NCBI GenBank assembly: GCA_036846305.1
Contig: DAIUCF010000003.1
Coordinates: forward strand, 67-64,066
Length of the DNA stretch: 64,000 nt
DNA from: Candidatus Poseidoniaceae archaeon
GTDB lineage: Archaea > Thermoplasmatota > Poseidoniia > Poseidoniales > Poseidoniaceae
Reading direction: 5' to 3'
Part shown: positions 50,701 through 60,700 of the stretch, piece by piece
How positions within the stretch are numbered: the first letter of the stretch is position 1
Layout of the letters: the number at the start of each line of letters is the position of its first letter
Notes under the pieces: model-generated
Databases searched by the model: none
Told to the model about the DNA's origin: nothing
Seen by the model: only the letters and a program-made list of their open reading frames with translations
Made by a program: the position numbers and the translations under genes

Positions 50701-52428
50701 GTGATATCCATGAACGGTTATTGATGCTTGAACGGGGTTTCCAGCCAAATCTGTAAACGTCACCGGCGTCTCATCCAAAAATTGTACTTGAGATACTGAG
50801 ACTATTGCAGATGTTGAGCCTCCATAAATCAGGGTACCATCGCCCAATGCATCTGAAGAAGATGAGGGGGTATTCAATGGCTGAAAGTTGCGTATGGTGG
50901 CCGAAGAGTGTGTGGTAATTTCAAGAGGAGTAGCATGATTTTCTGCAGCAAAATTCGAAAGTTGTAGATGTGATTCTCCGTTCAAAATAACCGCATTAGG
51001 ATAGGCGCGTGTCCTGAGAGTATCAGCCGCCATTGTACTATCGTCGAGCAAAATTCCCGTTCCTTTGCCGTCCTTAACTGAGATCTCTTGGGCGGTCAGA
51101 GATGCATGGTTTGCAACAATCCCATTACCGAAGTGTAACGAAGAAAAAGTATCGGTTGATATGTCTGAATACCAAGCTGCTAGGGCGACCGAGGTTGTGT
51201 CAAAAGCAGAATATGCCTTTGAAGTGGCAACGCTTGTCCATGTGTGCTTACCACCGAGGAGATCTATTGCCGTTGAGTCCGACGAGGTTGTCACGATGTG
51301 AGTGTTGGCGAAGTTGCTGTCTGGGTCTCGTAACCCAATACCCGTGGTTCCAGCGGAAATATTAGCCCAGTCCATCGCTATATTACCAACGCCGGTGCCT
51401 TCAATTCCCCGCTCATAAGAAGTGAGATTTACACTGGAAAGTGAATGGTTGCCATTTCCAGACAGAGATAGGCCGAAATTGACATTTGATACGTCGAGGT
51501 TGGCCCAATTACAGGTTCCGTCGCATCGTTGGTCTACAACAGGCAAGAATTCCGTTTGAACCCCTACAAACTCAATATCAGTCATTGTAAGCGAACTGGC
51601 GCCGTTAGCTAGTAAGAGACGTTTTCCAGAAATAAATGCGTTTGAAACGGTGAGGTCATCGCTATTAGCGGCATCGATGAAAAGTGAAATATTGTCACCC
51701 GTGCAATGTTGAATATTTGTTGATGCACCGTTTTGACTAGCAATGGCAACTGATGTGTTCGAAAAATCAATTCCAGAAGCTTGTAACGTACCACTTGTAG
51801 AGCGTAATCCTGTTCCTGCCTGTGAAACAGTAACTGTATCGATTGTAGTGGTTCCCGTAGACCAGATTCCTCCGGCCACGTCCTCAAATGTACCTGTTGA
51901 AAGGTGAAGTGAACCAGAATTGCGAACGACCTCATAGTCGATATGTTCGGCAGTAAGCGTATTGATTGTTGAAGTGCCGAAATTATTTATTCCAATATAA
52001 GCGTCTTCAATAACCAGCTTTGATGCACTAAGATTCCCGTCCACCTTCAATGCGGTTTTGGCATTCGAAATCGTGACTTGGTCAAGCAATGCGTGTCCCT
52101 TACTGGCAACATAAATCCCGGTCCACATTCCAGCGCCGTGAGAGCCTGCAGTCAACGGGGTTTGTGAGGAAAAGAATTGTACTGAATTAGCGAGTAGTGT
52201 TCCATCGACTCGAATCCAGTATCCATCTCCGCCATCAACTGTCGTCCCTTGTGAGAGCGTCAGTGTTGAGCCGTTTGAAACCGTTACATTGCCCGTTAGA
52301 ACAACGTTTCCCGACCATGTCGTGTTGACTTGAATAGTTGAGTCGGCGGCAAGAGAATTTTGCGATAAATAAGAGAGTGGCGTCAACAAAAGAATGGCGA
52401 CGAGAAACAGGGCGCGGCTGGTTCGCAT
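47725..52428 (-). CDS. Giant secreted protein: predicted right-handed parallel beta-helix repeats, a C-terminal Asp-rich (TSP3-like) Ca-binding segment and a TM anchor
   Basis: Signal peptide ALFLVAILLLTPLSYLS. Over 1000 aa of short G/N/S/T/V-rich repeats typical of pectate-lyase-fold (PbH1) proteins. LDSDGDWTS..., DSEDSDDDNDGHIDIRDAWPVDPCAWLDSDGDGFPNSVD, DLDDDGNGVLD. TM LLLIVLIIGGIVLFMM. The fold call is an inference. Confidence 0.7.
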   Translation of the reverse strand: MRTSRALFLVAILLLTPLSYLSQNSLAADSTIQVNTTWSGNVVLTGNVTVSNGSTLTLSQGTTVDGGDGYWIRVDGTLLANSVQFFSSQTPLTAGSHGAGMWTGIYVASKGHALLDQVTISNAKTALKVDGNLSASKLVIEDAYIGINNFGTSTINTLTAEHIDYEVVRNSGSLHLSTGTFEDVAGGIWSTGTTTIDTVTVSQAGTGLRSTSGTLQASGIDFSNTSVAIASQNGASTNIQHCTGDNISLFIDAANSDDLTVSNAFISGKRLLLANGASSLTMTDIEFVGVQTEFLPVVDQRCDGTCNWANLDVSNVNFGLSLSGNGNHSLSSVNLTSYERGIEGTGVGNIAMDWANISAGTTGIGLRDPDSNFANTHIVTTSSDSTAIDLLGGKHTWTSVATSKAYSAFDTTSVALAAWYSDISTDTFSSLHFGNGIVANHASLTAQEISVKDGKGTGILLDDSTMAADTLRTRAYPNAVILNGESHLQLSNFAAENHATPLEITTHSSATIRNFQPLNTPSSSSDALGDGTLIYGGSTSAIVSVSQVQFLDETPVTFTDLAGNPVQASITVHGYHLMSDINGAATLPLIASGSTVDITLSGAGIRVTLFGSQMGQSVQVPVIPQGDWTIDSGQFVYLGERPDGTPHVLTGNLTILTGGGLEVSNTILQLPTLGTVTLEGTATLAGSDATIKSHSLSVGIDSTVSQSSGSGDLTIESNVTWVCQSVRSSNNLVIDGSLLIQPNCQVELLDGQISGAITVLTGGELTMLSSLEISVLDKGQPVVGATISIDGAVTMTDANGKVATNAVARQVDDSSDTLGSVKNINLQIGSFYDFITWDTLSSFEYTFMASTITPGTLSNWMVLESRWSPYFLDADLTVESSGTLTIDDGVSLRISDGSKITVDGRIDVGAATLSSTGLGSRWGGLLLTGADALVDLSNTNFVEASPALNVQGQGTFVADGVTIARASGSDPLIQIDSNSNATIVLKNSQLYDAGDGCIKAFPSSTQLSLESVEMESCNGIGIWARQVEVNMNDITLGENISTGFDLTSVIGSLSQVNATQFNGQGHILSLESIDADFSVTSFNGTVGAAAGISVTNSRNIQMNTIQLTGSPGIDVDNSAGVIEDVILNGQGSGTAFICHHGRSSDSLYLIDVVAFSYSVGIDLHDDGDGTAIAPIIVRNPDIITSTVLSSENYPARIEGGSFYGIVSASGLITIDLIDATSDNSAMYNGAELRTWETFTFSATLDGTLHSVEFTASTSGLASEFSFSASGNSVLIEIPTSIVKNQSSSSLTQFTLETHASGLPNTIQNISYSSTMSKNVILVLTANSPPSVEITSPYSGERVMESYPLLAILNYSDDHDLLQDLSLVWIVTDASGVEVMRGPSEPQYNITDLQFGLYVLEVYVTDTLGATSSDAVDFEITELDSDGDWTSTCIFTQSTGVWFDQENGYSCGPDSEDSDDDNDGHIDIRDAWPVDPCAWLDSDGDGFPNSVDCPEGKETYLIADLDDDGNGVLDSQETETSSESGDFSTGTLLLIVLIIGGIVLFMMRTKRGGEKNWDDSTSIDERHL

Positions 52429-52506
52429 GGTGCCTACTCATCGAAGCCCCATATCAAACCAAAGGTTACAGGTCAATCAATGTAGGAAATCTGTTGGCAG
52501 ATTGAG

Positions 52507-52581
52507 TGGGCCCGCCCAGATTTGAACTGGGGTCTGACGGCCCCCAGCCGCCAAGTATAGGCCAAGCTAACCCACGGGCCC
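52507..52581 (-). tRNA. tRNA-Pro (anticodon GGG), no encoded CCA
   Basis: Hand-folded from the minus strand: acceptor GGGCCCG/CGGGCCC plus discriminator A. Anticodon arm GGCGG-CTGGGGG-CCGTC with G37. T-arm CCCAG-TTCAAAT-CTGGG. Sits directly downstream of rpoN, as is common in archaea. Confidence 0.85.
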
Positions 52582-52593
52582 AGATTGAAATGT

Positions 52594-52797
52594 TCACTGA
52601 ATTGAGGTGCTGAAAGGAGCAGTCTCGTAAATCAAATCGATGTGACCGACATACATGCGTCGGCAACAGTATCGCTTCAAGCCGACTTTGTCGAGGGCTT
52701 CAGCCATCTCAACACCGGCTTCAGTCAACTGAGAGAACTCTTCCCACTTATGGGCGATAACGCCACCACAACTAAAACAACGTACTGGTATAATCAT
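52594..52797 (-). CDS. rpoN: DNA-directed RNA polymerase subunit N (Rpo10)
   Basis: [21 protein letters not shown]...LKRYCCRRM is the canonical RpoN/Rpb10 zinc-bundle sequence. Length is 67 aa. Confidence 0.92.
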   Translation of the reverse strand: MIIPVRCFSCGGVIAHKWEEFSQLTEAGVEMAEALDKVGLKRYCCRRMYVGHIDLIYETAPFSTSIQ

Positions 52798-52806
52798 ATT
52801 CTCACC

Positions 52807-53244
52807 TCATCGATAGGACTTCTGCTTCTTTCGTCGAGCACCGCGTCCAAGTTGGTGCTTTGGTTCCTTACGACGTGGGTCATTGACTAGAAGACTTCGA
52901 TCGAATCGTAAATACTCGTCTCGGAGTTCTTCATCAATACCTTCTGCACCACCATTGTAATGGACAAGTCCACGAGCAATAGCGGTTCGAATTGCATCAG
53001 TTTGACCCATGATACCGCCACCGAGAGTGGTGATATTGATATCGACTTTACTCAAACGGTTCATTGCATCAGCGATGACAAGAGGTTCCATCGACTTACG
53101 GCGTGCAAGCGATGGTTGCAAAATTTCGATTGGTTCGCTGTTAACACGAACTCGTCCTTTTCCTGCTTTGACAGAGGCACGAGCAACTGCTGTTTTGCGC
53201 TTTCCAGAAGATTCTACTGACTTTTGCTTTTTACGAGCCATCAT
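52807..53244 (-). CDS. rps9: 30S ribosomal protein S9 (uS9)
   Basis: GKRKTAVARA..., GGGIMGQTDAIRTAIARGL, and a C-terminus of ...ARRKKQKSYR. Confidence 0.92.
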   Translation of the reverse strand: MMARKKQKSVESSGKRKTAVARASVKAGKGRVRVNSEPIEILQPSLARRKSMEPLVIADAMNRLSKVDINITTLGGGIMGQTDAIRTAIARGLVHYNGGAEGIDEELRDEYLRFDRSLLVNDPRRKEPKHQLGRGARRKKQKSYR

Positions 53245-53735
53245 TGCTCACCTCCGTTCCAACGGTGGGATGGTGCGCCGAGATCGGCGCTAATGTCTCC
53301 AAGAGTGATAAATCGCTCTGGAAGGTCTTTGCGGAATTTGCTGTCATCGCCATTCTCATGTCCTTCTGGCAAATCACCAGAGAGGTGAGCTGGGCACCCA
53401 ATCTCAACACGCAAATTGCGTAGTGCACGACGGCCGCTGCTCTTCTTTTGATAAGGCAACATTCCACGAACAGCACGCTTTAGAATCATATCAGGCATAC
53501 GTGGGAAGAACGGTCCCTTTCGGGCGTGGTTCAACTTATACTTTGCATGATACGTATCTAGGACCGAGCGAGGTCGGCCGGTGACAATAGCATGTTCAGC
53601 GTTGATAATGATCACTTTGTCATCTCGGTCTTCTCGAGCAGCTTTGAGCAGAATATCTGCGGTAGCCGAAGCGAGACGTCCAAGGACAAGTCCATTGGCA
53701 TCAAAAACAAAGGTTGTTTCATCCAAGGATAACAA
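53241..53735 (-). CDS. rpl13: 50S ribosomal protein L13 (uL13)
   Basis: FDANGLVLGRLASATADILL, IIINAEHAIVTG, MILKRAVRGMLP. The stop overlaps the rps9 start by 4 nt. Confidence 0.9.
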   Translation of the reverse strand: MLSLDETTFVFDANGLVLGRLASATADILLKAAREDRDDKVIIINAEHAIVTGRPRSVLDTYHAKYKLNHARKGPFFPRMPDMILKRAVRGMLPYQKKSSGRRALRNLRVEIGCPAHLSGDLPEGHENGDDSKFRKDLPERFITLGDISADLGAPSHRWNGGEQ

Positions 53736-54126
53736 CCCCCTTGCCGGATGGGTTTTCGTTCATCAGCTCGCTATAGGTCACAACTCGACCACCAGCGGCT
53801 TCTATTTTCTCACGTGCACCGTTGCTAACACTGTAGGCGGCGATGGTGTGGTTGGCAGACAATTCACCTGAGCCGAGCAGCTTGCCTGGAACGAGGATGG
53901 TTGCACCCTCGGGGGCGTAGCGGCTCACACGGCTCAAGTTCGGCTGCGCCCAATTTTTGCGACTCTTAGAGAGGCGCATGGCCACATCTCGCCAAACAGC
54001 GGCTCCGGTGTCGCGAGACTGGGCTTTCAACTGGTTGATGACATCAACCAGTTGTGCGTTTGTCTTACGTGTAGGATTGCTCATTTGACTCCCTCGATGC
54101 TTTGAAGCAATTCGCCGACCGGCCAT
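53719..54126 (-). CDS. rpl18e: 50S ribosomal protein L18e (eL18)
   Basis: TNAQLVDVINQLK...AVWRDVAMRL...ILVPGKLLGSGEL...AAYSVSNGAREKIEAAGG. The true start may be the internal ATG at 54084 (MSNPTRKTN). Confidence 0.85.
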   Translation of the reverse strand: MAGRRIASKHRGSQMSNPTRKTNAQLVDVINQLKAQSRDTGAAVWRDVAMRLSKSRKNWAQPNLSRVSRYAPEGATILVPGKLLGSGELSANHTIAAYSVSNGAREKIEAAGGRVVTYSELMNENPSGKGVVILG

Positions 54127-54235
54127 CCCATTATCAATGCACCGACGCGGTCATCGACTCCTTCGCGTCGCAGTGCCCCGAAAACCGTGATTCCTAAATT
54201 TATCGAATGAATCGCCAAAACGCTAACGCAAAGAC

Positions 54236-54679
54236 TCACTCGTAGAGAATCTCGCCCTTAGCATCGAGCAATTCAACCGTAAGGCCTGCTGCGCGACCTT
54301 GAATGATTATTTCCTCATGGATTGTGTCTGAAAAGTCATCAAGGGCGCCAAGAGCTGTGATGCCTGCAACATCGGTCAATTGGTCAATAAGGTGGTTTAG
54401 AACACACGATACCCCGTACGCTTGTCCGGCACGGAACGCATGGTCGACACCGCCAATCTCTGGATCTTCTGCCTTCATTCGCAGCATTACTTGTTGAGAA
54501 TAAGCTACAAGGGCGCCGTAAATCGATTCAATAATTTGGGCCGCTTCAAGATCGCCGAGCAGCATTTGAGACTGGGCAAGCGCTGCACGTACGGCTTTGC
54601 CATAGGTTGCGTGCGCTTCAATCGTGTTGCTTGTTTCAGTCTGCATTGCTTGGTCGATGAGTTGCTTCCAGTCTTCCAT
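54236..54679 (-). CDS. Hypothetical small soluble (helical) protein downstream of the giant gene
   Basis: Start set at the ATG for MEDWKQLIDQ (54679). The track ORF extends to a TTG at 54736, 1 nt after the giant gene's stop. No recognisable motif. Confidence 0.45.
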   Translation of the reverse strand: MEDWKQLIDQAMQTETSNTIEAHATYGKAVRAALAQSQMLLGDLEAAQIIESIYGALVAYSQQVMLRMKAEDPEIGGVDHAFRAGQAYGVSCVLNHLIDQLTDVAGITALGALDDFSDTIHEEIIIQGRAAGLTVELLDAKGEILYE

Positions 54680-54737
54680 GGTTCTACCACAGAGCACCTG
54701 CCCCTTGAAGGTTAAGGCGATTCCAACGAAATTCAAC

Positions 54738-57700
54738 TCAAATCTTGAAATCTGTACCTTCGCCTTCTACGATTCCTGCCTGTCGAACAGTTCCATCAGC
54801 GGCAACGAATTCTCCAGCCTTAGTCTGCTTGTCATAGAGGTTTACAAGTTCCTTTCGTTCAACCATTCCGCCTTCTCCAAGAGAGACGGTTAACGAACGA
54901 GTGATTCCGTCCAAAGTTCGCAATGCACGTTCTTTATGGCTCGCATCAATGGTGTGATCGGAATATCTTGCTTCTTCAAACACCGAGAGGAAGTCGTCAA
55001 GTTGTTCGGAAGGCACCATACTGAAAGCAGAACGGACTGCAGTCTCAAACTCACGAGTCGTTTCGTAAACCTTCTTCATGAAGCCATAACGCTTGAAGTA
55101 CTTGACAAGATTCTTGTAACAATCGAATATCGCAGCAATGAATTCGTTGCTGGCCTCAAGTTGCATCATGGTATCGGTCAATATACCTCTCAATGCCTGA
55201 ACTTGTCTACGGGCTTGTGCTCGCTGATAGTAGATGGCTCCAGCTATGAGTAGAGACATTGCAATCAAAACGAACGACATCGTCTTGGCAGGAGTAAAGA
55301 AGCCTACATCAGAGTTAATTGTACGGGCTTCCATCCAAATGATTTCGTGGGTCACGTTTGTCTGAGATTCTTCAAAGTATGTTGACCCAGGATAGTAAGC
55401 AATGATTCTCCATTGACCTGAACAAGGTACACCATCACATGTTTGTCCAGCAAAGGGCCATTCGAAGTCTGCAACTCCTTGCTCGTTGGTACGAGATTTA
55501 TTGGTTCCTTCACGCACCCATTCGTTAAGTTCATCCGACCAGTATTGGCGGATGAACCAAATTTCCTCATTCTCAACCTTGAGGTCGAGACGGTCGCGTT
55601 GGAGTGCAACTGAACCAAATACAGGGTCATCGTTGTCCAATCCATTGTCGCCAGAGTGGCTCCATGTCTGTATGACTTGCAAATCAATCCGAGAACGAAC
55701 CAAGACCAATTGGTCAACATATGAACCGTTCAAGACATTTGAGGACTCCTTGTCGCAACCGCCCGGCACATTGACATCTGGCTCAAATGCAATCCGTAGC
55801 GTACGGAACCCTTCCAACTTACCGCCAGTAGTTTCGACACCATCTCCTTTCGGATTCTGTGTTCTGTCGCCACTGAACCATTCGACTGTACCGTCAATAT
55901 CGCTGGTGCGAATCGAAGAAATCGGTCGGATGTTCTGCTCTGGGTCAAGGTAAATGTTGAGACACTTGCCACCGACATATTGTCCGTTTGATTGCATAAG
56001 TTTTGCATCGATGTGGAAGGATTCTTTGAGATAAAGAACCGGATATTCCGTAGTGTTTGGTGCAGTCCATGTTTCAACACTGGACTTAAACGGACCAACT
56101 TCGAGTAATGCTAATGTCGAATTCGAAAAGACATCGAATTCGGTCTCATATGTATCGTTCTGGTAACGGTACGCGTCGTTGTTATCGTAGGCTGAATATG
56201 TTACAGTAACCTTTGCTTTGCCTGCAGAAACATCGGATAACGGACACTGAATAGAGAAATATCCATCCATGTCAGTCATTCCAGAATTGCATGCCGTAGG
56301 ACTTGATTGGCTGTTAATCATCTCGTAATTGACACGAATGTTGCGATTGGTTAGATTTGTACCAAGCTCGTCTTGCAATTGTCCTGTCACAGTCATTGGT
56401 TTAGGAATAACTTCACCAGTAATAGGACTTATTTCACTCGTGTAGACGATTTGGTCATCAACAGTAAGGGAAGTACGGCCTATGAATGAGAAACCATTTG
56501 CGTTATTGGTCATCTTCAGTCTGAAATGGTCGTTACCCGGCAAACTTAGACATGGGTCCCATGCACCTTGTATTCCCAGTGAAACTGGGTCTAGAGGAGC
56601 ACACCCTTCATTGGGTAGATTTTCTTCAAACCGCAGAATCACGTTTACCGGTCCGAATCCATCGGGAAGGAATGATTCAGGGTCGTTTCGCAATGATTCA
56701 GCATTAAGAGGTGAAATATCGGCTTTGAGACAGCCTGTCTTGCCGTTGAAAGTGCCACTGGACTCAATACGATCGAGAATACCATCTTGGTTCAAGTCTC
56801 TATCGGCAAAGCCATCACCGTTGCCGTCATAATAACACAAATGCGATGCGTCTGCTGCCGGCTCAGGTAGGGTAATAGTTCCCGCTGTAGGCCGAACCGT
56901 AGCTACTATCTGACGATGCGTAACTCCACTGAAGTCTACGCCTTCAAAGATAACATCAACTAATCCGCCATTCGGCGCTAATGCGCCATCTAACGCAGAG
57001 CCACCCGAATCACGCACAGAAGTCGTATTATCGTCGTTTACAAGGGCGGTGAAATCCCAAATATCACCGGTTTGACGGATATTTGGACTGGTTGAATCTA
57101 TTGAGAGATAGGTTCTCGATACTACCCAAACTTGCTGAACCATGGTATTGCCCTTGAGCAATGGTGTTCCAGCGAATTCAAATTGAAGAGTGAAATCACC
57201 AAGATTGTCATTAGCAGTAATATTGAATGGAATTTCAAAGAAACCATTGTCATCGGTATAATTCACTCCAGTCCTACCATCGGCAGACCATGTGTAATTA
57301 ACCGGTACATTTCGCACTGGCTGAAGAGAATTGTCGACAAGTTTTGCCTGAATCGTAGTGCTGGTGTTTCGATACAATCGGGGGACTGAGGTGGTTTGGA
57401 AATCGGTTGTACCAACAACTGTCACGTTGATATAAGCGCCCGTCGGTGCTAGGTTTGTGCCGTTTCCAGTGAAGTAGTAGGCTGAGTTGGTGAAGTCAAC
57501 TCGCATTCCGTAAGTTCCAGAAGCATACTGTTGGAACCATGTCCAATTGTAATCGAATTCTGCTGCGCAAGATGCACAAGCCTTCGTAGGTCGCTGCGTG
57601 TATGCAGTCTCGGTTGAGCCGAGGAACTGTCCATTACCGTCAATATCAACCTGCAGTGCAATTGGGTCTGCGTCCCAAGGATCGTTTGTTCTGTTGGTAA

Positions 57701-60700
57701 CCGAACCAATTACGAACAAAGTATCGCCCGTGTTCATTTCAGGAACAATTTCACAGCGTACTGGACTGTTTGGATCGGTGAGGTCGACTGCGCCGCAAGG
57801 TGGCAAATCACTGTCGCCACCGTTTACGAGATTTATGAACCAGTGAGTGGAGTTTGTCGATATGAAATTGCGCAATTGGATCTCTTCGGCGTTCAAGGTT
57901 AGTGGATCGCCATTCCAATTCTTAGGGTAGGGCTTTGGCTTTGAGATATCAGCAAAATCCAATCCAGCACCGGTTAATGCCTCAGAGTGGAAGAGTGTTG
58001 CCCAGTTGCCGAATGTACCGTCGCCGTTGTTGATGGAAGAATTGTACCAGTAAACTGGATTGATTCCATCAACAATCATTTGTCCTTCAATGTTCATACG
58101 ATGCATGACTCGAATTGCTTGCGGCTCAGTTTCATCGCCATGGAGGTAAGGGAACGGACCATCGGATGCTAAATCGGGTTGCACAACAGCAGTGACCTCG
58201 TAATCACCTGCAGGCAGACTGGTGTTCGTGTAGTCATACCTAACTGGATCGCCGTTGCTGTCTAATAATGGCTTGAGTTCCAAAGTTTGGGAATCCCAAG
58301 CAACTTCCTCATAGCCACCAGGAATCTGTCCTACGCCGTTGTCTCGAGTTGAATTCCATTGAATCTGTTTCCAGATTCCATTAATTCCGATGTCTTGAAT
58401 AAATGTTACTGAAACAAGACCGTTGCTACCTGCACGGTACCCGTTACCGCCAAGGCCAGTGAAATTGGTTGGATGAGTATAGTTTCCAAATACTCCACCT
58501 CGTACAGAGAACGTAAACGGCGCCTTCGGAATAAAATTGTCAAAAATGCCACGCTGGATATCTGCGGTGTAATAGGACCACATATCAATCCAAAACGGTT
58601 GTTCATCGCTGCGGAAATATCCATCCATGTAAATGTCTGCTGTCAGGTTTGCTTCGGCGCCTAAATAGTACGATGTAGACTCGTTGCCATTAAATGCAAA
58701 CATTTCAGTGACTACAGCATAAACTCGGTAGGTTGTGTTATCGCCCACTGTTAAATCCTCAGGGTAGAGGAATTGGCCAACGCTAAAATTACCTGTTGAA
58801 GACGTTAAGACATCGATTGTTTCTAAAGCTGTAGTGCCGTTATCAGCCCACTCAATATGGACTTGGACCGGCAAACCAACCGCTGGTTCAAATTGGCCAG
58901 AAACCGGATTAACCCAGTCAACATGGCCACTAAAAATTGATGGAGATTGGGCGTCAATCCACAATGTATCGGGAAGGTTGAGTGAGATGTATGTGGGGGC
59001 CTTATCGTCCTCATCGAGAATACAGTTATTGTCGCTATCCCAATCACTTGATTCGGCGCCACCATAACACGGGAAACTTGTTTCTCCTTCTTCCAAGTGG
59101 TCGAAGTCTACATCGACATAGCTGTCATTGTCATCATCGTTATCAACGGCATCAGGGCCGGTGCCCGGGTCTAGGGGGTTTGCAAGACCTTCGCCATTTC
59201 CGAAATCGTCATGGTCCCAAGGATTCGTTGAATTTCGATCGAATCGAGATGGCCAAAGCATGACTTCGTCTTCATCAAGCATACCGTCTTCGTCATCATC
59301 CGTATCAATATCGTCTCGTTCACCATCGTTGTCATGATCAAACGCTCGAGTTAAACTGATTGCTAATTCGACTGTGTTGGTCAGGCCGTCACCATCCCAA
59401 TCATCGTCTGCCCAGTCGACAATGCCATCGTTATCGTTATCGAAAGGTGATTGCTCTTCTCCAAAGAAACAATTTGGCAGAAGTTCTTGGTCAATGTCAA
59501 GTATTCCGTTATTATCATCGTCCGGGTCTTCTGCATCTGGAACCGCGTCGTTATCGTTGTCCACATCGTAGACACTCGGTTCAATGAAGCCTTGCGAGAG
59601 GATGCCTCGGTCCCAAACAGCTTGGAAGAAGCCATCAGAATCAACGTCAGCATCGTTACCATCGTCGTCGTTGTCTTCGCAATTTAGACCTGAGAAGAAG
59701 TTCCCATTATCTTGATTCGCATCGTTATCATAGTCGTCATCTGTATCGACTTCAAAGAAATCCCAGAGGCCGTTGTTATCGTCATCAACATCATACCAAT
59801 CATATACAGAATCGTAATCGTTGTCAAGATCTATTGTGGCATTCGTGAAATCTCCATCGATGTCCCCATCAACGTCGTTCTTCAAGAGGTCAGCACCCAA
59901 TTCATCGGGGAAATCTGCAACAGGACCGTTGTCGGAAGTCCATTGCCAGATTCCGGACTCTAAGCCAAACCATGTAACAAACGCATCACGGTTGTTTTTC
60001 ATCTGTGTGTATGTAATTCCTGCTTCGACCGTGCCGTCGCTTGCGAAGTCGTAATGCCAGCAGCCACCTTGAGCGCCCGGCGTACAGCTCCAGTTTCCAG
60101 ATGCCCCGCCTGATGTTGCACCTTGATTGATAAATGCATCCGGTCGTATTGAATACGGAGACCCAAACTGAGCATTTACCCCATTCAATGGCATATGGTA
60201 AGCGAAAGCATACTGGTAACCGCATACATATCCGCTTGCGGATTGCCCTGCAGTCCAGCCGCAAGAAGTCATATCGATTGAGCCGCCCATCTTGGGGTCG
60301 TTGACATCGAGCAGGCCGTCGTTTCCTTCATCTTGGTCCCACCAATCCGGAAGGCCGTCGGCATCTTGATCAATGTCAAGTCCGTTTGTTAAGGAGTCAC
60401 CATCACCATCAATGTCCCAATCATTTCCGCCGTTGTAAGGAGACCAGCGTGCGAATAAGAACCAGTAGTATTCAGGAACTGTTCCGGGGGTTACGGGTGT
60501 TGTTGTTGCGTCGTATCCGTTGTAATCCAAGACTACATTTGCAAATGGGTTGTGCCAGAAGACAAGATTCCAATGGTCTGTGGCATTATTGGTGTAGGGA
60601 GTACTGTCTTGGCTACCATCGAGATCTCCTCCGTCTGCAACTGGATAGTATGGGGTGCCGAAGTTATCGTTCGCGTCATAATCGACAACACCGCAGTTAC

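Noticed and set aside
52466-52666. 66-aa minus-strand ORF
   Set aside because: It overlaps the well-folding tRNA-Pro (52507..52581) and the 3' end of rpoN, so it is spurious.
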